Of a DNA stretch of 57,735 bases, positions 47,004 through 56,634 are shown in pieces; the first letter of the stretch is position 1; every line of letters begins with the position of its first letter. Source of the stretch: Candidatus Fervidifonticultor sextus. Its GTDB lineage: Bacteria > Sysuimicrobiota > Sysuimicrobiia > Sysuimicrobiales > Humicultoraceae. The position numbers and the translations under genes were made by a program. Location: assembly GCA_031459875.1 (NCBI GenBank), contig JAVKHQ010000019.1, positions 1-57,735 of the forward strand, written 5' to 3'. The notes beneath the pieces were generated by a model. The model worked only from the letters and a program-made list of their open reading frames with translations. It ran no database searches and was not told the origin of the DNA.

Positions 47004-49378
47004 CGTGCTGCCTCCTTTCGCCCGTGGATGGCCTGCCAGATGCGCCTCGGGGTCAACGGCATGTCCAGGTGCGTGACGCCCAACGGCGCCAGCGCGTCCA
47101 TCACCGCATTGACCACCGCCGCCGGGGACGCGATGGTGCCGGTCTCGCCGGCCCCCTTCACGCCCAGGGGGTTGGTCGGCGAGGGGGTGACGGTGCGATC
47201 GAGCTCGAACCGCGGGAAGAACCCGGCCTTGGGCACCGCGTAGTCCATCATCGTCGCGGTGAGCAGCTGTCCGTTCCGGTCGTAGACCGCGCCCTCCCAC
47301 AGGGCCTGCGCCACGCCCTGGGCGATGCCGCCCTGCACCTGGCCGTCCACGATGAGGGGGTTGATGACCCGGCCGACGTCGTCCACCGCGATGTACCGCA
47401 GGATCTTCACCCAGCCGGTGTCGGGATCCACCTCCACGATGCAGACATGCGCGCCAAACGGGAACGTGCAGTTGGGCGGATCGTAGTAGCTGGTCTCGTC
47501 GAAGAAGGGTTCCATTCCTGCGGGCAGGTTGTAGCCCACCGAAGCCGCCAGGGCCAGTTCCTGGATGGTCTTGGCCCGGTCCGGGGCGCCCCGGACGTAG
47601 GCCCGCCCGCCCTCGAAGACGACATCGTCCACCGCGGCCTCCAGGAGGTGCGCCGCCAGCCGCCGGGCCTTCTCCTTGATCTTCTGAAGGCTCATGTGCA
47701 CGGCGACGCCGCCGACCGCCGCGCTGCGGCTCCCGTAGGTGCCGTAGCCGAAGGGGGTGCCCAGGGTGTCGCTGTGCTGGACGATCACGTCGTCGACGGG
47801 CACGCCCAGTTCGTCGGCTGCCAGCTGGGCCAGCGTCGTCTCATGCCCCTGGCCGTGCGACTGCGATCCCGTGGTGACCACGACCTTCCCGGTCAGGTGC
47901 ACCCGCACGTTGGCGCTCTCCCACAGCCCGGCGCCCCAGCCCTGGCCCGGCAGACCGATCCAGGCCGACGGCGCGACCCCGCAGATCTCTACATAGGTGG
48001 ACAGGCCGACGCCCAGGTACCGGCCCTGCCGGCGCGCCTGCGCCTGCTCCCGGCGGAACGCCTCGTAGCCGGCCATCTGCAGCGCCCGGGTCAGCGCCCT
48101 GTCGTAGTCGCCGCTGTCGTACCTCAGCCCGGCCAGGATGCCGACCGGATCGTAGGGGAACGCCTCGGGGGGGATGAAGTTCCGGCGCCGCACCTCGGCC
48201 GGGTCGAGGCCGGTCTTGTGGGCCACCAGGTCCATGGCCCGCTCGACCACATAGGTGGCCTCCGGCCGCCCGGCGCCCCGATACGCATCCACCATCCCCG
48301 TGTTGGTGTAGACGCCCACGACGTTGCAGGAGATGTTCGGGATGCGGTAGGCCCCGGACAGCATCCGGCCGTAGAGGGTGGTCGGGATGCCCGGGGCGAT
48401 CGTGGAGAGGATCCCGCCCAGGTTGGCCAGGGTCTTCACCTTCAGGGCGACGACCGTGCCGTCGGCCCGGGCGCCCACCTCGAGGTCGGTGATGTGGTCG
48501 CGGCCGTGGGTGGTGGCGACGTAGTTCTCCTTGCGGGTCTCCAGCCACTTCACCGGCCGGCCGACCTTCTTGGCCAGGGCGGCCACCAGACAGTACTCCG
48601 GGTACAGGTAGATCTTCGACCCGAAGGCGCCGCCGATCTGCGGAGAGATCACCCGGATCTTGGTCTCGGGGATCCCGAAGACGAACGCCGCCATCAGCAG
48701 GCGCATGACGTGAGGCGCCTGCGAGGTCATCCAGACGGTGTACTCGCCGGTCGTGGGGAAGTACTGGGCGACGGCGCCCCGCGCCTCGATCGGTGTGGGG
48801 ATCAGCCGCTGATTGATCAGGCGCTGCCGGATCACCACGTCGGCCGCGCGCAGCGCCTTCTCGGTCGCCTCCCGATCGCCGCACGACCAATCCATGCAGA
48901 TGTTGTTGGGCGCGTTCTCGTGGAGCTGCGGGGCCCCGGGCCTGATGGCCTCTTCGGGGTCCACGACGACCGGCAGGGGCTCGTAGTCCACCTCGATGAG
49001 GGCCAGCGCGTCCTCGGCCGCGTAGGGATCGTCTGCGACCACCACCGCGATCCCCGCCCCGGTGAATGTGACCCGGTCGATCTCCAATACCCGCGGGGTG
49101 TTCACGTTGTTCTTGACCCCGCCGGCCTGCCAGGCGCACGGGAGGGGGTTCAGGTCGGCAAAGTCCTTGCCGGTGAAGACCCCGACCACCCCCGGGGCCT
49201 TCGCGGCCTTCGTGGTGCGGATGGCCCTGATGCGGGCATGGGCGTGGGCGCTGCGCAGGATCGCCGCGTGCAGCATGCCGGGGAGCCGGATGTCCTCGAG
49301 GAAGTTCGCCTCGCCGGTGATCAGGCGCGGGTCTTCGCGGCGCTTGATGCTGGCACCGAACATGGTGGTTGCGGCCAC
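47000..49378 (-). CDS. form II CoxL-like molybdopterin-binding subunit
   Basis: REDPRLITG, GGAFGSK, AYRGAGRPE (form II, not the form I AYxCSFR), KGAGETG. Confidence 0.92.
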   Translation of the reverse strand: MAATTMFGASIKRREDPRLITGEANFLEDIRLPGMLHAAILRSAHAHARIRAIRTTKAAKAPGVVGVFTGKDFADLNPLPCAWQAGGVKNNVNTPRVLEIDRVTFTGAGIAVVVADDPYAAEDALALIEVDYEPLPVVVDPEEAIRPGAPQLHENAPNNICMDWSCGDREATEKALRAADVVIRQRLINQRLIPTPIEARGAVAQYFPTTGEYTVWMTSQAPHVMRLLMAAFVFGIPETKIRVISPQIGGAFGSKIYLYPEYCLVAALAKKVGRPVKWLETRKENYVATTHGRDHITDLEVGARADGTVVALKVKTLANLGGILSTIAPGIPTTLYGRMLSGAYRIPNISCNVVGVYTNTGMVDAYRGAGRPEATYVVERAMDLVAHKTGLDPAEVRRRNFIPPEAFPYDPVGILAGLRYDSGDYDRALTRALQMAGYEAFRREQAQARRQGRYLGVGLSTYVEICGVAPSAWIGLPGQGWGAGLWESANVRVHLTGKVVVTTGSQSHGQGHETTLAQLAADELGVPVDDVIVQHSDTLGTPFGYGTYGSRSAAVGGVAVHMSLQKIKEKARRLAAHLLEAAVDDVVFEGGRAYVRGAPDRAKTIQELALAASVGYNLPAGMEPFFDETSYYDPPNCTFPFGAHVCIVEVDPDTGWVKILRYIAVDDVGRVINPLIVDGQVQGGIAQGVAQALWEGAVYDRNGQLLTATMMDYAVPKAGFFPRFELDRTVTPSPTNPLGVKGAGETGTIASPAAVVNAVMDALAPLGVTHLDMPLTPRRIWQAIHGRKEAAR

Positions 49379-49384
49379 GGCGTC

Positions 49385-49864
49385 TCACCTCCCCCCGGCC
49401 TGGGCGGCCATCTTCCGCGCCGCGGCCCGGACGGCGTTGACGATGTGCTGGTAGCCGGTGCAGCGGCAGAGGTTCCCCTCCAGGCCGTGGCGGATCTGCT
49501 CCTCGCTGGGGTCGGGGTGCCGCTGGAGGATCTGGAGCGCGGTCATCATCATCCCGGGCGTGCAGAACCCGCACTGCAGCCCGTGCTCCTCCCAGAAGGC
49601 CTCCTGGATGGGGTGCAGCTGGCCGTCCCTGGCCAGGCCTTCCACCGTGAGGATCGTGCCGCCGTCGGCCTGGACCGCCAGCACGTTGCACGACTTGACC
49701 GCCAGGCCGTTGAGGTGCACCGTGCACGCGCCGCAGCTGGCGGTGTCGCAGCCGATGTGGGTCCCCGTCAGGCCCAGGATCTCCCGGAGGTAGTGCACCA
49801 GCAGGAGCCTGGGTTCCACGTCGTGGGAGGCGGTGACCCCGTTGGTCGTGATGGTGACCTTCAC
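49385..49864 (-). CDS. CoxS-like (2Fe-2S) subunit
   Basis: GCDTASCGACTV, QCGFCTPG, NLCRCTGY. AAGGAGG RBS. Confidence 0.93.
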   Translation of the reverse strand: MKVTITTNGVTASHDVEPRLLLVHYLREILGLTGTHIGCDTASCGACTVHLNGLAVKSCNVLAVQADGGTILTVEGLARDGQLHPIQEAFWEEHGLQCGFCTPGMMMTALQILQRHPDPSEEQIRHGLEGNLCRCTGYQHIVNAVRAAARKMAAQAGGR

Positions 49865-49973
49865 CCCTCTCACCTCCTTCACCGCTGTCTTTCTGGCTCT
49901 TATTGACGGGTGGAACGGGAGTACGGCTGCGTTTCGCTACGTCTTGAGGATATCCTCTGTGGGAGCCGGCCTC

Positions 49974-51935
49974 TTATGCCCGGAGCCGGGGGAGCAGCCG
50001 TTCGAAGTGGTCCAGCGCTTCCGGGTTGACCAGGGCGTCCCGGTTGGTCACCGGCCGACCGTTGACGAGGTTGGTCACCGCGCTCTCGACCTTCTTCATG
50101 TTGTAGGTGTAGGGGATGTCCGGCACCTCCACGATTAGCGCCGGCACGTGCCGGGGGGAGGCCTGCTCCCGGAGCGCGACCCTGATCCGCTGCGCCAACT
50201 CCTCCGTCAGGGCCGCGCCGCCGGCGAGTTTCACGAAGAGGACGATGCGCTCGTCGCCCTGCCAGGACTGGCCGATGGCCAGGCTGTCGGCCACGCCCTC
50301 GATCCCTTCGACGATGCGGTAGATCTCGGCGGTCCCGATCCGGACGCCGGATGGCTTGAGGGTGGCGTCGGACCGGCCGTGGAACGTCATCCCGCCGGTG
50401 TCGCTGTGCCAGGTGACGTAGTCGCCGTGGCGCCACACCCTCCGGTGGGGATAGAAGGTGAAGTAGGCCTGCCGGTACTTCTCGCCGTCCGGATCGTTCC
50501 AGAAGTACAGCGGCATCGAGGGAGCCGGCGCCTCACAGACGAGTTCGCCCTGCCGGTCGCTCACCGGGCAGCCGGCCTCATCGTACACCCGGACCTTCAT
50601 GGCCAGGGCCGGCCCCTGCAGTTCGCCGGCGTACACCGGGCTGATGGGGTTCCCCGCCGCGAAGCAGCCGTTGATGTCGGTGCCCCCGGAGATCGAGTTC
50701 AGGTGCAGGTCGTCCTTGATCTCCCGATAGACGTACTCAAACCCTTCGGCCGCCAGCGGCGACCCGGTCTGGGAGATCTCGCGCAGCGAGGAGAGGTCGT
50801 AGGTCCGGCCGGGCCTGACCCCCTGCTTGCGGAGGGTGTTGAGGTAGGTGGCGCTCGTCCCGAAGACGGTGAGGCCTTCGTCCTGGACCAGGTGCCACAT
50901 CGCCCCGGCATCCGGGTAGAAGGGGTGGCCGTCGTAGAGCACGACCGCCGCGCCCACGGCCAGGGCGCTGACGACCCAGTTCCACATCATCCAGCTGCAC
51001 GTGGTGATGTAGAGGATCCGGTCGTCGGGTCCCAGGTCGGTGTGCAGCAACAGTTCCTTCAGGTGGTTGATCAGCACCCCGCCGGCCCCCTGCACCATGC
51101 ACTTGGGCTTCCCGGTGGTTCCCGAGGAGAACATGATGTAGAGGGGGTGATCGAAGGGGAGCTGCTCGAACTGCAGGGGGACGCGCCCCCCGGCGGCGAA
51201 CTCGTCAAACCGGACGGCCTTGGGGATCCCGCCGAGATCAGGACGCTCCGTGACGTAGGGGACCACGATCACCCGCTCCAACGAAGGGATCCCGCGCGCG
51301 ACGGCCGCGGCGTTGGCCAGGGTGTCGAACCGCTGGCCCTTGTAGACGTAGCCGTCCGCCGTGAAGAGCACCTTCGGGGAGACCTGGCCCAGCCGATCCA
51401 GCGCCGCCTGGGGGCCGAGGTCGGTGGCGCAGGACGCCCAGGTGGCGCCCAGACTCGTCGCGGCCAGCATGGCCGCCACGGTCTCGATCAGGTTGGGCAT
51501 GTAGGCGACCACCCGGTCCCCTGGAGCCACGCCCTCGGCGCGCAGCGACGCCGCCAGGCGGGCCACCCGGTCGGCGAGTTGGGCGAAGGTCATCGAGGAC
51601 GTCGTGTGGGTCTCTCCCCTGAACACCAGGGCCGGGCGGTCGTCCCGGTACCGGAGGAGGTGCTCGGCAAAGTTCAGCCGGGCGCCGGGAAACCACCGGG
51701 CGCCGGGAAACCGGCTCAGATCATCGACGACCGCGTCGTACCCCCGGGAAGCCCGGAGGCCTCCGAACTCCCACATGGTGGCCCAGAACTCGGGGATGTG
51801 TTCGACCGACCAGGTCCACAGCTGCGGGTAGGAGGCGATCGGGAGGCCGTACCGGTCGTTGACGATCCGGATGAACCGGGTGATGTGGGCCCGGCGCTTG
51901 CGATCTTCGGAAGGCACCCAGAGCGGCCGCTTCAT
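49974..51935 (-). CDS. acetoacetate--CoA ligase
   Basis: PLWVPS, WFPGARLNFAE, FSSGTTGKPKC, WMMWNW, SISGGTD, GRSDATLKPSGVRIGTAEIY. Confidence 0.92.
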   Translation of the reverse strand: MKRPLWVPSEDRKRRAHITRFIRIVNDRYGLPIASYPQLWTWSVEHIPEFWATMWEFGGLRASRGYDAVVDDLSRFPGARWFPGARLNFAEHLLRYRDDRPALVFRGETHTTSSMTFAQLADRVARLAASLRAEGVAPGDRVVAYMPNLIETVAAMLAATSLGATWASCATDLGPQAALDRLGQVSPKVLFTADGYVYKGQRFDTLANAAAVARGIPSLERVIVVPYVTERPDLGGIPKAVRFDEFAAGGRVPLQFEQLPFDHPLYIMFSSGTTGKPKCMVQGAGGVLINHLKELLLHTDLGPDDRILYITTCSWMMWNWVVSALAVGAAVVLYDGHPFYPDAGAMWHLVQDEGLTVFGTSATYLNTLRKQGVRPGRTYDLSSLREISQTGSPLAAEGFEYVYREIKDDLHLNSISGGTDINGCFAAGNPISPVYAGELQGPALAMKVRVYDEAGCPVSDRQGELVCEAPAPSMPLYFWNDPDGEKYRQAYFTFYPHRRVWRHGDYVTWHSDTGGMTFHGRSDATLKPSGVRIGTAEIYRIVEGIEGVADSLAIGQSWQGDERIVLFVKLAGGAALTEELAQRIRVALREQASPRHVPALIVEVPDIPYTYNMKKVESAVTNLVNGRPVTNRDALVNPEALDHFERLLPRLRA

Positions 51936-52022
51936 GGAGGACTGGCTGGCGCCCCGACCAGGTGATGGCCTCCAGCGTCTACCTCCCCAGCGTACTACGC
52001 CGCGGCGGGCAGGAGAAGGGAA

Positions 52023-52048
52023 CAGGAGCCCGCCGTGTCGGGCTCCTG
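52023..52048 (-). terminator. putative intrinsic terminator
   Basis: 10-bp stem CAGGAGCCCG/CGGGCTCCTG followed on the minus strand by TTCCCTTCT. Confidence 0.6.
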
Positions 52049-52073
52049 CCCCCAGCCGTCAGGCGCCGGCCCC

Positions 52074-52568
52074 TCAGCGCTCGGGGCCGGTGGGCAAGTC
52101 GAGTTCCCGGTCCGGGTAGACGGTTCCCGCCGGCAGGACGATCCTCACGGACGAGGGCTGCGCCACGACCTGCACGGTGACGTACCGGATGGTATCTACC
52201 GGAATGATGATCACCGGCCCCGGCAGCGGAATCAGGTAGAAGAGCCGCCCCTTGACCTTGGCGCCTGCAGGCGTCCCCATGCGGACGATCTGACCGGGCG
52301 GGATCATCGGCGGCCCGGGTGGGCCGAACCCCAGGAATCCGCCGCTGGACGTGCGCACCAGGTAGAACGTATAGCAGCGCCCGCCCGCGATGGCGACGGA
52401 GCTCAGGACGAACGGCCGATCGAAGCAGTAAGCCTCGCCCTGGCGCGTCACTTTGATGACCGCGGCCGGTTCCTTCACCTTCACGGTCGGCCCGGCCCCT
52501 GCCGCGGCCAGGGGGGCCAGCATCAGCCACCCCGCCAGGATCCCTGCAACCCACCGGTCCGTGCGCAT
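52074..52568 (-). CDS. secreted hypothetical protein
   Basis: GAGGAGG upstream, signal peptide (LAAAGA), beta-rich mature part, downstream terminator. Confidence 0.65.
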   Translation of the reverse strand: MRTDRWVAGILAGWLMLAPLAAAGAGPTVKVKEPAAVIKVTRQGEAYCFDRPFVLSSVAIAGGRCYTFYLVRTSSGGFLGFGPPGPPMIPPGQIVRMGTPAGAKVKGRLFYLIPLPGPVIIIPVDTIRYVTVQVVAQPSSVRIVLPAGTVYPDRELDLPTGPER

Positions 52569-52680
52569 ACATGCTCGCCTCCTCGTCGCCGTGCCTTGTC
52601 GGGTGCGACTCCGGCTCAGGTCGTCCGCCCAGTGGATTATGCCCACCGTCTGTCTCCCATCGCCTTACGCAGAGGCAAGA

Positions 52681-52698
52681 CGGGAGGTTCCCCTCCCG
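52681..52698 (-). terminator. putative terminator hairpin of the Pot-like operon
   Basis: CGGGAGG/CCTCCCG stem right after the permease stop. Weak U-tract. Confidence 0.45.
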
Positions 52699-52700
52699 GC

Positions 52701-53519
52701 TCAGCGGCCGCCGGCTGAGAGGATCCGCTGGAGGTCGCGCGGGCTGATGGTCACGACCATCACTACCGCGGCGGCGACGGCCACCCCGATCAGGCACGCC
52801 GAGAGGGCGGCGATCACCGGGTCCTGCTGCCGCTGCAGGTAGTAGAACATGGCCACGGGCAGGGTCATGTTCTCGGTCTTGACCAGGAAGAGCGACGTCT
52901 CCACCTGGTCCCACGAGATGATGAAGGCGAAGAAGCCGCTGACCGCCAGCCCCGTCCGGATCTGGGGAAGCGTGACCTTCCAGAAGGTCACCAGGGGCGG
53001 CGCGCCCAGGTCGGCGGCGGCTTCCTCCAGGGATCGGTCGGCGGACACCAGGGCAGCGGAGAGAATTGAGATGGCAAACGGCAGGGTCACCATCAGGTGG
53101 GCCAGGATCAGGCTGTCCAGTCCGCCAAACCGGCGCAGCACCACCGCGTAGATCAGCATGGCCACCCCGAAGGCAATCCGGGGGACAATGAGGGGGGCCA
53201 GGAAGAGCGCGCGCAGCACCTCCCGGCCGAAGAACCGGTAGCGCACCAGGGCCAGCGAGGCCAGGGTCCCCACGATCAGGCTCACCAGCGTGGCGGTGGC
53301 GGCGATCACCAGGGAGTTGAGGGCCGCGCGGAAGAGGGCCTCCTGCTGGAAGAGCTTGGCAAACCAGCGCAGCGAATAGCCCGGAGGCGGGAAGATCAGG
53401 TACGAAGCGCTGCTGAAGGCGAACACCAGGACGAAGACGATGGGGGCCAGCATGAAGACCGCCACCAGCCCCAGGAGGATGAAGAGCGCCAGGCGGACGG
53501 GATCGCGACGAGCCCTCAC
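52701..53519 (-). CDS. PotC-like ABC permease
   Basis: FPPPGYSLRWF, LEEAAADLGA, FIISWD, TLPV. Confidence 0.9.
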   Translation of the reverse strand: MRARRDPVRLALFILLGLVAVFMLAPIVFVLVFAFSSASYLIFPPPGYSLRWFAKLFQQEALFRAALNSLVIAATATLVSLIVGTLASLALVRYRFFGREVLRALFLAPLIVPRIAFGVAMLIYAVVLRRFGGLDSLILAHLMVTLPFAISILSAALVSADRSLEEAAADLGAPPLVTFWKVTLPQIRTGLAVSGFFAFIISWDQVETSLFLVKTENMTLPVAMFYYLQRQQDPVIAALSACLIGVAVAAAVVMVVTISPRDLQRILSAGGR

Positions 53520-54424
53520 GCCCGAACCTCCGCCCGGCTGTACGTGCGCCGGGCCAGCAGGTTGCTGGCGGCCAGGATCGCCGCCGCCAGCGCCAGCAGC
53601 ACCAGCGCCACGACCGCGGCGAACCCGAGGTTGACTGCCTCCATGTCCCGGTAGATCAGCCCGGAGAGGATCTGGACCTTGCCCCCGCCCATCAGGAATG
53701 GGGTGACGAAGGCGCTCACGGTCAGGGTGAAGACAATCTGGGCGCCCGCGATGACGCCGGGCAGCGTGAGCGGCAGGGTGACGCGCCGGAACGTCTGCCA
53801 GCGGGTGGCCCCCAGATCCATGGCCGCATCCTTCAGGTCCCGCTCCAGCTGCCCTACCACGCTCAGGATGGGGAAGACCGCAAACGGCAGCAGGATGTGG
53901 ACCATCGCGATGACGATCCCCGTGTCGTTGAAGATAAGGGGGATCGGTTCGTGGATCAGCCCCAGCGCGCGCAGGACGTAGTTGACGACCCCGGTGTTGG
54001 ACAGCAGCAGCAGCCACCCATAGGTGCGGACGACGACGCTCACCAGGATCGGCGCGAACAGGACCACGTAGGCGGCCAGCGCCCAGCCCGGCCGCTGGAT
54101 CTTGCTGATGGCGTAGGCCGTCGGATAGCCGATCAGCAGGCTCAGTCCGGTCACGACGACCGCGAGGCGCAGCGTGGTACCTACCACGCCCCAGTAGTAG
54201 GGATCGGCCAGAAACCGCTGCCAAGCGGCCCAGGTGAAGCGCGGGGTGCCGGCCGCCAGGAACGGGTAGACGCTCATCACCACCAGCACGGCCATGCAGG
54301 TCCAGAAGACGGCGACCGAGAGCCCGACGGCCGGCGCCAGCAGGGGGATGTGGACGGAGCGGCGCAGCAGGGGACGCCAGCCCCGGCGCGGGCGGACGAC
54401 CGTGAGCGCCTCCACCCGGCCCAT
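53516..54424 (-). CDS. PotB-like ABC permease
   Basis: IGYPTAY, VVRTYGW, AAMDLGA, LPLTLPG. Confidence 0.9.
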   Translation of the reverse strand: MGRVEALTVVRPRRGWRPLLRRSVHIPLLAPAVGLSVAVFWTCMAVLVVMSVYPFLAAGTPRFTWAAWQRFLADPYYWGVVGTTLRLAVVVTGLSLLIGYPTAYAISKIQRPGWALAAYVVLFAPILVSVVVRTYGWLLLLSNTGVVNYVLRALGLIHEPIPLIFNDTGIVIAMVHILLPFAVFPILSVVGQLERDLKDAAMDLGATRWQTFRRVTLPLTLPGVIAGAQIVFTLTVSAFVTPFLMGGGKVQILSGLIYRDMEAVNLGFAAVVALVLLALAAAILAASNLLARRTYSRAEVRA

Positions 54425-54431
54425 GCCCCGG

Positions 54432-55502
54432 CTAGTCAGCCAGGACGACGCTGTGGTGGGCTGACCAGCCGGCGAGGACCGTGGCGCCGGGCACAAGGCC
54501 CTCCACGGCGTCGCTGGGGAGTTCGGCGAGGACCGTGACGTCGCCGGGGATGGTCACCCGCGCGCGGACGACCGACCCCATGAAGGCCACATCCCGGATG
54601 CGGCCTTCCCAGCGGTTGTGCACCTCCCCGGCCGCGGGTCCGAGCTTGATGTGTTCGGGGCGGACGGAGACCGTGACCGCCGACCCCTCCGGCGGCGCGC
54701 CGTCCCCGGCCGCCCAGAACTGGAGCCCGCCGACCCGGACGAGCGCCCCAGCCGGTCCCACCCCCACCACTCGGCCTTCGAGGAAGTTGGCCTCCCCGAT
54801 GAAGGCCGCCACGAATCGGGTCTGCGGCCTGGCGTAGATCTCCTGGCTGGTGCCGACCTGCTCGACGCGCCCGGCGCGCATGACGGCGATGCGATCAGAC
54901 ATAACCAGAGCCTCGCCCTGGTCATGGGTGACGTAGACGAAGGTGGTCCCCACCTGGTGCTGGAGGGCCTTGAGCTCGGATTGCATCTGCAGGCGCAACT
55001 TGAGGTCCAGGGATCCCAGCGGCTCGTCCAGAAGGAGCACCGCCGGCTCGTTGACCAGCGCCCGAGCAATCGCCACCCGCTGCTGCTGCCCGCCAGACAG
55101 CTGATGGATCTCCCGTCCGCCGTAGCCGGGAAGGTCCACCAGCTGCAGCGCCTGCTCCACCTTGCGGGCGACGACCGCCGGGGGGAGCCGCCGCAACCGC
55201 AGCCCGAAGGCGATGTTCTCGGCGACGGTGAGATGCGGGAAGAGTGCCAGGTGCTGAAAGACCATGTTGGTGGAGCGCCGGTAGGCGGGCAGGTCGGTCA
55301 CCACGGCGCCCCGCAGGACGATCTCACCGGCCGTCGGGAACTCCAAGCCGCCGATCATGCGCAGGGTGGTCGTCTTCCCGCACCCCGAGGGGCCCAGCAA
55401 CGAGAAGAACTCGCCGCGGCGGATCTGCAGCGAGATGCGGTCGACGGCGACGACGTCCCCGAAGTGCTTCGAGACGTCGCGGAGTTCGACGTCGACGTCC
55501 AC
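54432..55502 (-). CDS. PotA-like ABC ATP-binding protein
   Basis: [27 protein letters not shown]-like C-terminus. Confidence 0.94.
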   Translation of the reverse strand: MDVDVELRDVSKHFGDVVAVDRISLQIRRGEFFSLLGPSGCGKTTTLRMIGGLEFPTAGEIVLRGAVVTDLPAYRRSTNMVFQHLALFPHLTVAENIAFGLRLRRLPPAVVARKVEQALQLVDLPGYGGREIHQLSGGQQQRVAIARALVNEPAVLLLDEPLGSLDLKLRLQMQSELKALQHQVGTTFVYVTHDQGEALVMSDRIAVMRAGRVEQVGTSQEIYARPQTRFVAAFIGEANFLEGRVVGVGPAGALVRVGGLQFWAAGDGAPPEGSAVTVSVRPEHIKLGPAAGEVHNRWEGRIRDVAFMGSVVRARVTIPGDVTVLAELPSDAVEGLVPGATVLAGWSAHHSVVLAD

Positions 55503-56614
55503 TAGCGCCCCATGCGGGCCACCACTTCCTTGTCCCAGCGCTCCCGCCAGACCGTCTCATTCTGCGCGATGGTGGCCCAGTCGAACTGGATGGCCCGTTC
55601 GATCTCCCGCGGGCTGTACATGGGCAGGGTGCGCAGGCTGGGGGGGACCACAACCTTCGTCGAGGTCGGCACGAAGTAGGTCAGGGCCGCCCACCGCGCC
55701 AGCCACCGCTCGGAGAGGATCAGGTTGATGACTCCCTCAGCGATGCGCTTCTGCTGCGGTGTCACGCCCTTGACCACCACCAGGAAGAGTGGGAAGGCGA
55801 TGGTCCCTTCGCGGGGGATCACAAACTCGAGCGGCGCGCCCTGCTCCTTCCAGGTCAGGACGTTGCCGCCGAACATCGCGGCCAGATGCGCGTCGCCGCG
55901 GACGACGAGGTCGCGGGTCTCGACGTTGCTGTTGGCAAACGCCACGAACTGGCTGGCGCGCTCACTCCACAGCCTGAAGCCAGGGTCGATGTTCTTCTCG
56001 CTGCCGCCGTTGAGCCTGGCGGCGATGACCAGGCCGTTGGCATACCAGGCGTACTTGATCGAGGTGACCTTCCCCCGGAACCGGGGGTGCCACATGTCGG
56101 TCCACGACGTGGGTGGCTCCCTGACGAAGTTCGGATTGTACATCAGGCCGACGGGGGCGATGGAGAAGCCGATGCCCTTGTTCCCGGCCCGCTTGTAGGG
56201 TTCGGCGATGTTGGCCGCGTTGGGGATGTTGCGCAGGTCCAGCGTCTCCCACAGGTCATCCACGTCGCCCTGGTAGGTGAACTGGGTGTTGCTGTAGCCA
56301 AAGTGAACCAGCGGCCGATCCGGGGTGAGCTTGCGGGCGCTGACCATCTTGGGGTAGACTTCGAAATTCTGTCCCTCCAGGACCTCGATGGTCACGCCCG
56401 GGTTGTTCTGCATGTAGAACCTGGCCACCTCGTGGGCCACGACGGGCAGATTGAGCCCGGACCAGACGAACATGGTCAGGCGCTCGGTGGGGCCGGCCGA
56501 CGCCTGTTGCGCCAGTCCGAACGTGGTCCCGCCGATGTTGGCCAGCGCGAACAGGCCGAGCCCGGCCTTCGCGCTCTCTGCCAGAAACGCCCTCCGCTTC
56601 ATCCGCCGTGCCAT
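55502..56614 (-). CDS. PotD-like substrate-binding protein, Tat signal
   Basis: KRRAFL twin-arginine motif, PTSWTDMW, PREG. Confidence 0.88.
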   Translation of the reverse strand: MARRMKRRAFLAESAKAGLGLFALANIGGTTFGLAQQASAGPTERLTMFVWSGLNLPVVAHEVARFYMQNNPGVTIEVLEGQNFEVYPKMVSARKLTPDRPLVHFGYSNTQFTYQGDVDDLWETLDLRNIPNAANIAEPYKRAGNKGIGFSIAPVGLMYNPNFVREPPTSWTDMWHPRFRGKVTSIKYAWYANGLVIAARLNGGSEKNIDPGFRLWSERASQFVAFANSNVETRDLVVRGDAHLAAMFGGNVLTWKEQGAPLEFVIPREGTIAFPLFLVVVKGVTPQQKRIAEGVINLILSERWLARWAALTYFVPTSTKVVVPPSLRTLPMYSPREIERAIQFDWATIAQNETVWRERWDKEVVARMGR

Positions 56615-56634
56615 CTCACTCCCCCCTGTCGGCT

